64,000 nucleotides of DNA, from positions 102,689,165-102,753,164 of the forward strand of contig NC_057718.1 of assembly GCF_004010195.1 (NCBI RefSeq). The letters are read 5' to 3'. Shown here in pieces: positions 26,538-37,594 of the stretch (its first letter is position 1; each line of letters starts with the position of its first letter). Below the pieces are notes generated by a model. That model ran no database searches, was not told the DNA's origin, and saw only the letters and a list, made by a program, of their open reading frames with translations. The position numbers and the translations under genes are program-made. This DNA comes from Chiloscyllium plagiosum (Eukaryota).

Positions 26538-27538
26538 CTAAAGTTAAGAGAATAATTTTAAATATGTGAGCATGACTTTACCTCTGATTTAAAAAAACAA
26601 ATAGCTCCAAACTGCTTTCACCATGTATTGTACACATATATTGGAACCTGCATGGATATATAATTAAAATACAACTAAACCGATTGTTAAATCTCACTGT
26701 ATAGCCACACTGCTTCAGACAATTGAGATGTCGTAGCTGTTCATACACAAACATCTACAGTCTCATAGTTAACAACTTAATATTTCAGCATCCACGCACA
26801 TTAATAAGCTCTAAAGTAAAATGGGAATTATTAGAAAATACAGGATAGATAATGCTCAATAGATCCTAAGAACTCTTATGTTCTTAATACATTTCCTCAT
26901 GAGAATGTGTTGTGCATTTTTCCATTGGATTCTAAGTTTTAAAAGGAGGTTGCATCTGCACATGCACTATGAGAAAGCACCCTGCCAGAGGATGTTTTAT
27001 TTATAGTCATACTCCTGGTCACAAATAATCTCAAAAATTTTTCATCTGGTAAAGAGTGACAGTAATGTGATGCTTCAATGCTTTTGCGGATTTGCTGCGC
27101 ATAGTGTTGGAGCAGGTTGCAAATTCACGTTTTTATCGTTCCAAAAGGTATTGCATGTCCACAACTATTCACGGTATTCTGATCCATATTGTTCCCCTCG
27201 TCTCCCTTACAGCATTACCCTGGTGTTTCACTGGCTTCCTCAGTTGGTTCTCAATGAATGTTTCAAAATCCCACAATTTCTAGATTAACAAACTTTACAT
27301 AACTTGACAACCAGTTGAATCGCTGAACTGTTTAAATTTGATATTGTACTGTAGTAAAATTCGAAGATATTTTTGAGATTGTAATTTTAGTCTAGGATCT
27401 ATAAATTGCTTATATGAATTTCAACTAAATTTGGCCAGCTTCCTGATTAAAATTCAAAGATGTTGTACTGTACTAGATTGTTAAATAATTTTAGAAAATA
27501 AGTACATAAGTTAGCTTGCTGAGCTGCAAGGTTTGTTT

Positions 27539-27579
27539 TCAGATGTTTCGTCACCATGATTAGATAACATCATCAGTGA
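27539..27579 (-). ncRNA. Hammerhead ribozyme motif (family A)
   Basis: Reverse complement reads tca-CTGATGA-tgttatctaatcatggtgac-GAAA-catc-tga. Confidence 0.65.
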
Positions 27580-27869
27580 TAATCTCCAGTGAAGCACTGG
27601 TGATATATCCCACTTCTCTATTTGTAGGTCTTGGTTTACATACATAGATAGTTTCCATAAATACAGACAAAGGAGGACACCACTTTGATTGGGACAACAC
27701 ACACGAGAATTCCTAGAGGCGTTCTAACCAGAACTCCATCAATAAATACATCGACTTAGATCCCATCTACCTTTCCTTAAAAAATACAGAAATGACATCA
27801 CCCACCTTAAGAAACCAAGACCTATAAATAAAGAGGCTGGACATACGACCAGCGCTTCACCAGAGACTC

Positions 27870-27910
27870 TCACTGATGATGTTACCTAGTCATGGTGACG
27901 AAATATCTGA
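27870..27910 (+). ncRNA. Hammerhead ribozyme motif (family A)
   Basis: tca-CTGATGA-t-gttacc-tagtcat-ggtgac-GAAA-tatc-tga; palindromic AUAU helix III. Confidence 0.7.
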
Positions 27911-28294
27911 AAACAAACCTTCCAACTCAGCGAGCTAACTTACATACTTATTATCAATCTGAGCTACAAATCTTTCAAAATCACTATTTTTAGAAAATAT
28001 TTAATTGTTTAATGTCAAAACAGTATTCCATTGATCTGCATTTTTTTTTGCTTAAAAGCTGGCAGGCTCTTAAGAAGAACGTGAGGCCATTATTGAGTTG
28101 TGTTAATAGACAGTTTTCAAGAAACCAAAAGATTAGCAAACATGGATGTTATGTAAAAACGCCTTTTGGAATGTTTTGCTAATGGGACTAGACTATTTTG
28201 CTGCTAAAGAAAAAAATCAGAAGTTCACATTTTAAGGTATTTTTATACTACTTGTATACAAATGATATAAGCATGATATTTGTAATGGCTTCAT

Positions 28295-28735
28295 TAGAGA
28301 GTCTGAGCTATCAGGAGAGGCTGAATAGGCTGGGGCTATTTTCCCTGGAGCGTCAGAGGCTGAGGGGTGACCTTATAGAGGTTTATAAAATCATGAGGGT
28401 CAGGAATAGGGTAAATAGACAAGGTCTCTTCCCTGGAGTGGGAGAGTCCAGAACGAGAGGGCATAGGTTTAGGGTGAGAGGGGAAAGATCTAATAGGGAG
28501 TTAAGGGGCAGCTTTTTCACTCAGAGGGTGGTGCATGTATGGAATGAGCTGTCAGAGGAAGTAGTGGAGACTGGTAAAATGACAACATTTAAAAGGCATC
28601 TGGATGGGTTTATGAATAGGAAGGCTTTAGAAGGATATGGGCCAAGTGCTGCCAAATTTGATTAATTTAGGATATCTGATTGGCATGGACAAGTTGGACT
28701 GAATGGTCTGTTTCCGTGCTGTACATATCTATAAC
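28295..28735 (+). mobile_element. CR1 LINE 3' fragment
   Basis: SYQERLNRLGLFSLERQRLRGDLIEVYKIM...FFTQRVVHVWNEL. Confidence 0.88.
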
Positions 28736-29203
28736 TGTTTAAATAACACATGAATAAAGCAGTCAAATTCAGCATGCACATCTCTCCTCTTGCATTTGAT
28801 ATTTCTATCTTCCAAATGAGACTGCAAATATCAAAGTTATGGAAAGTTAAGTTTAATGCAATTAAAAGCCAGTGATAATTCTGGGATATGCAAGTTCTGA
28901 AGACGTTGTTCATAAGAACAAAATTGGCACACTGAAAGCACTGTCTAATCACTGAAAAACAAGGGTTAATCTGCAAGAAAGAAAACAATTAGACTTTCTG
29001 GCAGGGCAGTTGATCAGAAAGTGAGGGAATTGAGGTAGATAACTTAATTTTAATTTTGGTGAGCTTGATGTTAAGTTTGTAGATTGCTGTGAAACATTTT
29101 GTTCTTTGTCTCTCCAGCCTTGCTAGTGCAAGGTCATTGACCAACCTACAATGGAGAAAACTTAATTTACTTCCAGGATTCAACAAAGAAACCACCCACA
29201 TAC

Positions 29204-29408
29204 ATGTATATTTATATTCACTGATAGAAAATGGAGGATCAAGTGTCAAGTTTTCAGCTATTTTCAGTCCACTTAGTACTGGGGTGTTTGCACTGAGCTT
29301 GGTTGCCTCTATTTTATACCGCTTCAAAGTTCCATCTTCTGCAGCAACTTCAATCTCAATTTTATTTAGACCATCTTGGAGACCGACCGTTTTACTGCCA
29401 CCTGTACC
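29204..29408 (-). CDS. Unnamed gene exon 2 (GTGGSKTVGLQDGLNKIEIEVAAEDGTLKRYKIEATK...LDPPFSISEYKYT), cadherin-like repeats 1-2
   Basis: Acceptor tttctcctctag, donor gtatgt, 205 nt, phase 0/1; L..G.N.I.I.V.AEDG....Y.I motif. Confidence 0.9.
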
Positions 29409-30959
29409 CTAGAGGAGAAAAAAAAGCAATAATTTCACCAAATTATGGAATATTTCACGGACAATTACTTTCTTAATTGTTTGGATGTACAGTTGTTACC
29501 TGATAAGGCATTAGGAATGAGCTCATTGGTCAGTATATCAAGCCCTAGCACTATTACTTAAATACTCTCAACAAGCAGCGAAAGTACATTTACTATTAGT
29601 GACACTTGGGGAAATGCAGGACACTTGTGTGAGCAATTTCTTGTTAAGGAATGTCCCAGAAGTGTCAGCTGTTTGCATTTAGCTGCAGCATTGTCCACCT
29701 ACAGACCAGCAGATTGTACGCTCAAATCCATTCCTGCATTGGATAAAGGAGTCAAGCTGACGCTCAAGAGCAGCACCGAGACATGGTGAACCGATACCAT
29801 TCATCTAGGTAGATGAGATCTACGGTATTACTTGAAAATGATCTGTACTTTTTCCCTGTGGCTTGCTACCATTCATCTCTCTCAGCTAATACCACCATAA
29901 CATTGAATTTCTTCATTGTTGGCAATTCCATGCGAAGTGCAAGGTAGTGATTAGGTTTCCTTACAAAGCAACAGTTCAAATATAATTAAATCTGTGCTAT
30001 CAAAGTGATAATGTTTGCCAAATGAAAGATTTCATAATCTAATTGTTCATCAAATGCAAAAATTGATGTTGCATTTTGCCAGAAGAGCAAGTTAGAGACT
30101 GGGAATTCTGCAGTTTGCAGCTCATCTCTTGTCTTCACCATCTAAACGTCAGGCATATGATGGAATACTCTAAAGTCACCTGAATGAAAATAGTCAATTG
30201 GCTTGACTCCATCCTGAACAAAGCAGCCTGGCATCCTATCTACTGACTTAAGCATTCACTCACTCCAACACCCATACAGAGGAAGCAGTGCATACTGCCT
30301 ATAAGATACACAGCAGCAATTCATTAACACCTCTTTGACAGTGTCGAGAGTGTGATGCTGGAAAAATCACAGCAGGTCAGGCAGCCTCCTGCTCCTCGGA
30401 TGCTGCCTGACCTGCTGTGCTTTTCCAGCATCTGCAGTCCTCACTTTCTCATAGCTTCTTTAACAGTACCTTCCAAACCCATAACCTCTACCACCTAGGA
30501 GGACAAGGGCAGCATATACATGGGAACACATCACCTCTAATGTTTCTGGTCATTTTGCCGACCTCCGAGGTCCATGTGTGCAGGTGGATTATGGAAGCAT
30601 TTGCAATTGGCATGTGCAGAACTTGCCAACTCTCATTTCTCAAAGATTTTCCTTCAATCTTATCTCTGTGCCCAAGCTTTGGGCCATCTGCCCTAATATC
30701 TCCTTACACAGCTTACTATCAAATTTTGTTTGACAATACCCTTGTGAAACAACTTGGAATGTTTTCTAGGCATGATATAAATGCAAACTATTGTTTAATA
30801 GAACAAACCATGGAGAAACATGATTATCCATCTTACATGATTGCAGAACCTACAGCAAGAATGGGTAGTAAAGGCCTGGCAAGATACTCAGTTTTATTCA
30901 ACAAAGTGACATACTACCATTTTGTCAAGGGACAGTCAAGAAATAGGCAACACCCTAAT

Positions 30960-31725
30960 GAATCTCTTCAGAATACCCTCTTATACTATCACATCCTTCC
31001 TATAGTGTGGCGACCAGAACTGCACACTTTACGCTAACTGCAGCCTAACTATACATACAATTCCATAATAACCTCCTCTTCTTGTATTCAATGCCTTGAC
31101 TAATAATGCAAGCGAGTGGTGCTGTAAAAGCACAGCAGGTCAGGCAGTATCTGAGGAGCAGGAAAATCGATGTTTCGGGCAAAAGCCCTTCATTCCTGAT
31201 GAAGAGCTTTTACCCGAAACGTCGATTTTCCTGCTCCTCGGATGCTGCCTGACCTGCTGTGCTTTTCCAGCACCATTCTAATTTTGACTCTAATGTCCAG
31301 CATCTGCAGTACTCGCTTTCACCTAATAATTAAAGTATCCCATATGCCTTCTTAAGCACCTTAGTGACCTCTTTTTCTGCCTTCAAAGAACTACGAACAT
31401 CCGCACCAAGGTCTCTCTGATCATCTGTACTGCCTAGCGTCCTACCAGTTGAACTGTATCATCTTGTCTTGTCAGTCCTCCCAAAATGCCTCACCTTGCA
31501 CATTGCAGGTTAAGATTCCACTTACCACTGTGCAGGCCATCTGACCAGCTGCCTATCCTGTCCTGTAGTTGAAGGTCTTTCCTTCTCATTATTTACCACA
31601 ACAACAATTTTTGTACCATCTGTAAACTTACGAATCATACCTCCTACAGTCATGTCTCGATTATTAATGTACAAAACAAACAGCAAAAGAACCAGTATCA
31701 AACCCTGTGGTGTGCTATTAAATCC
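30960..31725 (-). mobile_element. Old CR1/L2-type RT fragment interrupted by a foldback element
   Basis: Antisense similarity to the other LINE RT copies (ccagaactgcaca...; ttgtaccatctgtaaactt). Confidence 0.6.
31108..31322. mobile_element. Short foldback element with hammerhead core (family B)
   Basis: Inverted arms around cCTGATGAagagcttttacccGAAAcgtc; flanked by a ctaataat duplication. Confidence 0.75.
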
Positions 31726-31735
31726 ATTAAATCAG

Positions 31736-32010
31736 GGTGGCACGGTGGCTCAGTGGTTAGCAATACAGTCTCACAGTGCCAGGGACCTGGGTTCGAGTCC
31801 GACCTCAGGTGGCTGTGCAAATTCCACACAAACATTCTCCCTGCGTCTGTGTGGGTTTCCTCCCATAATCTAAAAGATGTGCAGGCCAGGTGAATTGGCA
31901 AATATAGGGTAGGGTAGGAGAATGGATCTGGGTGGGTTATTCTTCAGAGGGTTGGTGTGGACTTGTTGGGCTGAAGGACGTGTTTCCATATTGAGGGAAT
32001 CTAATCTAAT
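31736..32010 (+). mobile_element. V-domain SINE (HE1-like)
   Basis: gggtggcacggtggctcagtggttagc head, V-domain remnant, (aatct)n tail. Confidence 0.8.
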
Positions 32011-33545
32011 CATGAATTATCTCTTCTCAAAAAAGCAATCCTAAACTCAATTATCCTTACAAACAATTACCTCTGATTTCACTTTCCTCTCCATCACCTT
32101 GAAGTTCCCATGGATACAAAATATTGGATATCAGCTGGAAATTGGCAACAAAAATGGAAAATCTGGCAAGTGACCTTCTTTTGAACATAAATGAGTTCCT
32201 TTGTGAGTGCAACAAAAATAAACTATTCCTTAATTCCTCCTCATCGCTGTATTGTCCTATACCCCTATAATCCTCCAAGCTATTTGCATTTATTCAATTC
32301 CGGCCTCTTAAGCATCCCTGATTTTAATGATTCCACAACTGGTAGCTGTGCTTTTAGGTGTATAGTCCTTAAGATTCAGAGTTCCTTCCCTAAACTTCAA
32401 GGTGTGTTTACCTCTCTTTCTCTCCTCTTTTAAAATCACACTTCTGGACATCTGACCTGAAATCATTTATATGGCACAGTGTCACATTTTGCATTTTTAT
32501 GCTGCACAAGAACGTGGGCCATATATTTTTATAGTACCTTTTCTTAACAAATATTTCTATTCTTATTTCACTTTTGTCCAATGTTCCTCGATACCTTTGG
32601 TTACTAACAATCTATTAATCATAGATTTAAAATTAACACTTGATCTAGCAGCAACTATCATTTGCAGAAGGGAGTAAACTTCTACCACCCTTTGCATATA
32701 AAAATGTTTCCCAACTTCACTCCTGAAAGACTTGGGTTGAAAGTTTAGACAATTCCTCAGGTCATTGAGGTTCCAACGTAATTCTAACCCTAATCCTCTT
32801 TTTACACGAACGAGTCTCTTTCTAAACTTTAATTCAATTACACCTTAACCTTCCAAATTACAGGAAATACAACCTCAGTGTATGCAATCCCACTTCATTG
32901 AGGACACGACTATTAGGACACACATATGGAGCTGCAGTTAATCAAAACCCTGGTTCGACCTAACTTGGAGCTCTGAGAGCAGACCTAAGCACCACACTTA
33001 AGAAGGAAACGTTGGCCTTGGAGGAAGTATACTAACTAAAATCATGGCTAATCTGACTGTGGTCTCAACTTTACTTTCCTCCTTAGCTCACCCAGTACCT
33101 TTTGAATCCTTGTTAGTCAAGAATCAATTTATTTCTGTTTTAAAGATATTCAATGATTGTTTCCATTGGTCACTGGATGGAATTCCCAAAGATTCATGAC
33201 CCTCAGTGAAAATAAATTTTCTAATCTCCACCTGAAATGGAAGACCCCTTAGTTTTAAGTTGTCGAGTCAGAGTCATACAGCACAAAACAGACCCTTCAG
33301 TCCAAATCATCCATGCCGACCAGGTATCCTAAACTGAACTAGTCCCATTTGGCTGCGTTTGGCCACATCCCTCTAAACGTTTCCTATTCATGTGCCTGTT
33401 TAAATATCTTTTAAATGTTGTAATTGTACCGGACTCTACGACTTCCTCTGGCAGCTCATTCCATACAATGCAACTCACCCTGTGTGAAATATTGCCTCTC
33501 AGATCCCTTTTAAATCTTTCCCCTCTTACCTTAAACTATGTCCTC

Positions 33546-33731
33546 CAGCAAGGTTTGTGAAGGTTTGTAGTCAGGTTGAGGTTTAGGGTGTAGGTTTGCT
33601 CGCTGAGCTGTAGGTTTGATATCCAGACGTTTCATTACCTGACTAGGTAACATCATCAGTGGCGACCTCCAAGTGAAGCTTCACTGATGATGTTACCTAG
33701 CCAGGTAATGAAACGCGAGCAAACCTACACC
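33546..33731. mobile_element. Mini Penelope-like foldback insertion (family A)
   Basis: 10-bp flanking duplication ctatgtcctc (33536/33732); inverted hammerhead copies. Confidence 0.8.
33623..33662 (-). ncRNA. Intact minimal hammerhead ribozyme motif (family A)
   Basis: Reverse complement reads cca-CTGATGA-t-gttacc-tagtca-ggtaat-GAAA-cgtc-tgg; stem I cca/tgg, palindromic ACGU helix III, GUC site. Confidence 0.8.
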
Positions 33732-34209
33732 CTATGTCCTCTAATTTTGGAGTCCCCTACCCTTGGAAAAAGACCATGGCTATTCATCTGATCTATGGTC
33801 CTTATGATTTTATAAACCTCTGTAAAGATCATCCTTAGCCTCCAACTCTTTAGGGAAACAAGTCCCAGCCCTATCCTTATAATCCAAACTCTTCAGTCCT
33901 GACAACAACTTTGTGAGTTTTTTCTGCATCCTTTCTAGTTCAACAACATCCTTGCTTAGCAGAGTGACCAAAATTGCGCAAAGTATTCCAAAAGTGGCCT
34001 CACCAATGTCTTGTACAGTCACAACAAGACATCCCAGGTCCTATGCTCAATGCTCTGACCAATGCAGACAAGGGTGCCAAATGCTTTCTTCACCACCCCG
34101 TTCACCTCTGATGTCATTTTCAAGGAATAATGAACCTATATTCCTAGGTCCCTCTGTTCAACAATGCTCCCTATCTCTCCAAGAGAAAATACTCTTATAG
34201 CATCCAGTA

Positions 34210-34245
34210 GCTGGCTCAATCAGTACAGCGTGAGACTCTTAATCT
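34210..34245 (+). pseudogene. tRNA-Lys(CTT) 5'-half fragment
   Basis: gctggctcaatcagtacagcgtgagactcttaatct vs vertebrate tRNA-Lys GCTAGCTCAGTCGGTAGAGCATGAGACTCTTAATCT (31/36); no T-arm follows. Confidence 0.55.
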
Positions 34246-34789
34246 GCCAACAATGAGATCCAACCCAAATTAAGTGAGTTGCTTCTAACAGGGTTCTTGT
34301 CTCATTGCAGTAGTGTCCTAATCTCTAGCTGCCATTTCAAATCCCACCTACTATAGAGGTGTAGATATTTTCAAATCAACCCCTATTCAGTGAGGTTATG
34401 ATACATCTCAGGTGGGAGAGACACTACCACTGTGCCACAAGGGCCCAACCATCGAGGTATATTGCAATATCCATAAACATGTTGATTTAAAGCATTTTAA
34501 TGCATCTACCAAGTTGTTCTCCTGTTTACTTCCAGAAGTGCTCTTACACACAACTGAACTTATATTTTCCCCATCACCAAATCACCCGTATTTTCTTTCA
34601 TTTATTAACCACCACCAGTAAATTACCAGTGTTGTCCAATTGATTGATTTATATGCAAAGCCCATTAAGGTTGGGGGGTGCACGGGACTAAATCAAAATG
34701 GAATCGGAAGGTAAGATAAAGCATTATATCCACACCAACCAAATTGTTAGCAAACAAATTATATTCTATCCAATGTGACTCAGTTAGTA

Positions 34790-35910
34790 GCACTACTTCC
34801 TTTCCCCATGGTAGGCTGATGGATAAAGTGAAGTCGCATGCAGTCCAGGGTATACCAGCTAGATGGATAGCGAACTGGCCGGGCAACAGGAGACAGTAAT
34901 AGTGGAAGGGAGTTTCTCAAAATAGAGAACTGTGACCAGTGATGTTCCACAGGGATCTGTGCTGGGACCACTGTTGTTTGTGATATACATAAATGATCTG
35001 GAGGAAGGTATAGGTGGTCTGATTAGCAAGTTTGCAGATGATACTAAGATTGGTGGAGTACCAGATGGAGAAGGGACTATCAGAGAATGCAGCAGAATAT
35101 AGATAAATTGGAGAGTTGGGCAGGGGAAATGGCAGATGGAATTCAATCTGGGCAAATATGAGGTGATGCATTTTGGAAGATCCAATTCTGGAGCAAACTG
35201 TACAGTAAATGGAAAAGCCCTGGGGAAAATTGATGTACAAAGAGAGTGGTCAGGTCCATTGTACCCTGAAGGTGGCAACGCAAGTCATTAGAGTGGTCAA
35301 GAAAGCATACGGCATGCTTTCCTTCATTGGACGGGGTATTGAGTACAAGAGTTGGCAGGTCATGTTACACTTGTATAGGACTTTGGTTCGGCCACATTTG
35401 GAATACTGCATACAGTTCTGGTCGGCACATTAACAGAAGGATGTGGATGCTTTGGAGAGGGTGCAGAGGAGGTTTACCAGGATATTGCCTAGTATGGAGG
35501 ACGCTAGCTAGGAAAACAAATTGAGTAGATTGGGATTATTTTCATTGGAAAGACAGATGTTGAGGGGGACCTGATTGAGGTCGACAAAATCATGAGAGGT
35601 ATAGATAAGGTGGATAGCAAGAAACTTTTTCCCAAGTGGGGGACTCAATTACTAGGGGTCACTAGTTCAAGGTGAGAGTGGAAGAGATTAAGAGTAATAT
35701 GCACGGAAAGTTCTTTACGCAAAGGATAGTGGGTACCTTGAACACTTTGCCAGCGGAGGTGGTAGAGGTGGGCACAATAGCATCATTTAAGATGTATCTA
35801 GACAGATACATGAATGGGCAGGGAGCAGAGGGATACAGATGCTTGGAAAATAGGTGACAGGTCTAGATATAGGATCTGGATTCACGCAGGCTTGGAGGGC
35901 CTGTTCTGGA
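34790..35910 (+). mobile_element. CR1 LINE ORF2 3' fragment
   Basis: VPQGSVLGPLLF.IYINDL...KFADDTK and the RT C-terminus, frameshifted. Confidence 0.9.
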
Positions 35911-36239
35911 ATTTTTTTTGTTCTTTGTTCAACCAGTTCCCACATCCCCAAAGTTTTGTGGGTTCAAGCCGTCAGACAAGAGTACAAAAATACAGTCAGT
36001 GCGATCACTATGGTGAGCTGTAATATTGGAGGTACATCCTTTGGATCAGATACCAAACAGTGGCTCTGTCCAGCCAATGGATGTGAGAGATTTTAAAGAC
36101 AAGTTAGAGAGCTTCTTCAGAATATTTAGGCCTGAATCAACATTGTTAAAAATAAACAGATTATTGTGGTTCATTCTGGGCCAGAAAGCTTGGGTCCAAG
36201 TCCCACTTGCTCCTGAAGTGAGGAATAACATATTCCATA

Positions 36240-36560
36240 GAATCCCTACAGTGTGGAAACAGGCCCTTTGGCTCAACAAGTCCACATCAACCCTCTGAAG
36301 AGTAACCTACCCAGACCCATTCCCCTACATTTATCCGTGACTAATGCACCTAACGTACACACCTTTGAACACCATGGACAATCTAGCATGGCCAATTCAC
36401 CTAACCTGCATAACTGTGGGGAAAAAAACCCAGAGCACCCAGAAGAAACCCACACAGACACAGGGAAAATGTGCAAACTCCACACAGACAGTTGCCTGAG
36501 GCTGGATTCAAACACAGGTCCCTGGCGCTGTTAGGCAGCAGTGCTAACCACTAACCCACC
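36240..36560 (-). mobile_element. V-domain SINE (HE1-like)
   Basis: Reverse complement of the 7206-7541 family. Confidence 0.85.
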
Positions 36561-37132
36561 ATTATTGACTAGAAATATCGAAGGAGGGTCCATGACATTG
36601 CTGCTTGAGGGAGCTGGCTGTGTGTAAAAAGGCTGCTCTGCTGCATGCATCCTCGGGATAAGGTTATCCTGTTAGACCATTGGGCTACTTTCTCATTAGA
36701 TTATGACGATTGGTGGTGGTTTAACCTGAGGGTCACCATGCCTCAGGAGAGGAGTGAAGTTGAGAAGCCAGTTATCCAGCCAATAGAGCTAACCAACAGC
36801 AGCTTCACACGCACCGTCCCCATCCCAAACCAGTTACACTTCAAAATGCAGCAAAATAAATATGCGAAAGAAACTCAGCAGGTCGGACGACATCTGTGGA
36901 GAGAGAGAAACAAGAGTCACTAAACCCGAAATGTTAACTTCGTTTCTCTCAACTGCCAGACCTGTTTGACTTTCTAAGGCATTTTCTGCTTTCGTGCCAA
37001 AGTTTGGGGTCGAGCGACGCTAGAGCGAAGAAGAGAACTTTTTTTTTGGGGGGGGGGGAATTATCCAGAGGAGGTGACAGGCGCTATATCAATTCAGTTT
37101 ATCCTCTCTCTCTCTCTCTCTGCAGCACTCAC

Positions 37133-37294
37133 AATGATTTGGTACGTGGCGTGGTTGTCGCTGGTGACCGGGTAGATGGTCAGATTGACCGTGTCGTTGC
37201 CCAGTGTCACTCTGTAGTTGAGGATGGACGGGTTGAAGGCAGGGTCCAGCATCCCGGCCGAGAGCGACAACTCCTTCAAGTTGCAGTCGTCCAT
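37133..37294 (-). CDS. Unnamed gene first coding exon (MDDCNLKELSLSAGMLDPAFNPSILNYRVTLGNDTVNLTIYPVTSDNHATYQII), cadherin-like repeat 1
   Basis: ATG in good Kozak context (gcgATGg), donor gtgagt, 162 nt phase 0; L..L.LS.G.L.PAF.P....Y.V pattern of cadherin-like beta-sandwich domains. Confidence 0.9.
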
Positions 37295-37463
37295 CGCTGT
37301 GTCGCCGTCTCTTCTCCCTCTGTGTGTGTGTGTGCGTGTGCGTGTGTTGGGGCGGTGGGCACGGTGGTTACGGATGTGAAGCTGGGAGAGCAGCTTCTCC
37401 TCAGCCCGGGTCCACAGGGTTCACTCTCTCTGTATCCCGCGGTCAGCCTCTCAACATGTCGCC

Positions 37464-37477
37464 GCTCCCATGGCAAC
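37464..37477 (-). promoter_or_regulatory. RFX X-box-like motif
   Basis: Reverse complement GTTGCCATGGGAGC vs consensus GTTGCCATGGCAAC; about 170 nt upstream of the unnamed gene ATG. Confidence 0.55.
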
Positions 37478-37570
37478 CGACGCCTCTTTCATCCTTTCTC
37501 CCGCTTTCCGACCGCCGGCCACGGGACGATCGTCAAAACGCTACCACGACCGGCCGATTACCCTCTTCCC

Positions 37571-37594
37571 CCACCACCACCACCACCACCACCA
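37571..37594. repeat. (CCA)n microsatellite; (CT)n at ~37103-37120 and (TG)n at ~37321-37347 nearby
   Basis: Read directly from the sequence. Confidence 0.9.

Larger units (their letters stand above)
27501..27987 (+). mobile_element. 5'-truncated Penelope-like element with inverted terminal-repeat copy
   Basis: 12-bp flanking duplication ttttagaaaata (27489/27988); GIY-YIG tail peptides HHFDWDNT...REFLEA...NSINKYIDLDPIY; hammerhead motifs on both strands. Confidence 0.8.
33265..34180 (-). mobile_element. CR1 LINE 3' fragment hosting a nested Penelope-like insertion
   Basis: Antisense CR1 3' UTR and RT C-terminus. Confidence 0.8.

Noticed and set aside
30417-31037. 206-aa plus-strand ORF
   Set aside because: Spans several decayed repeats; non-ATG start and no recognisable motifs
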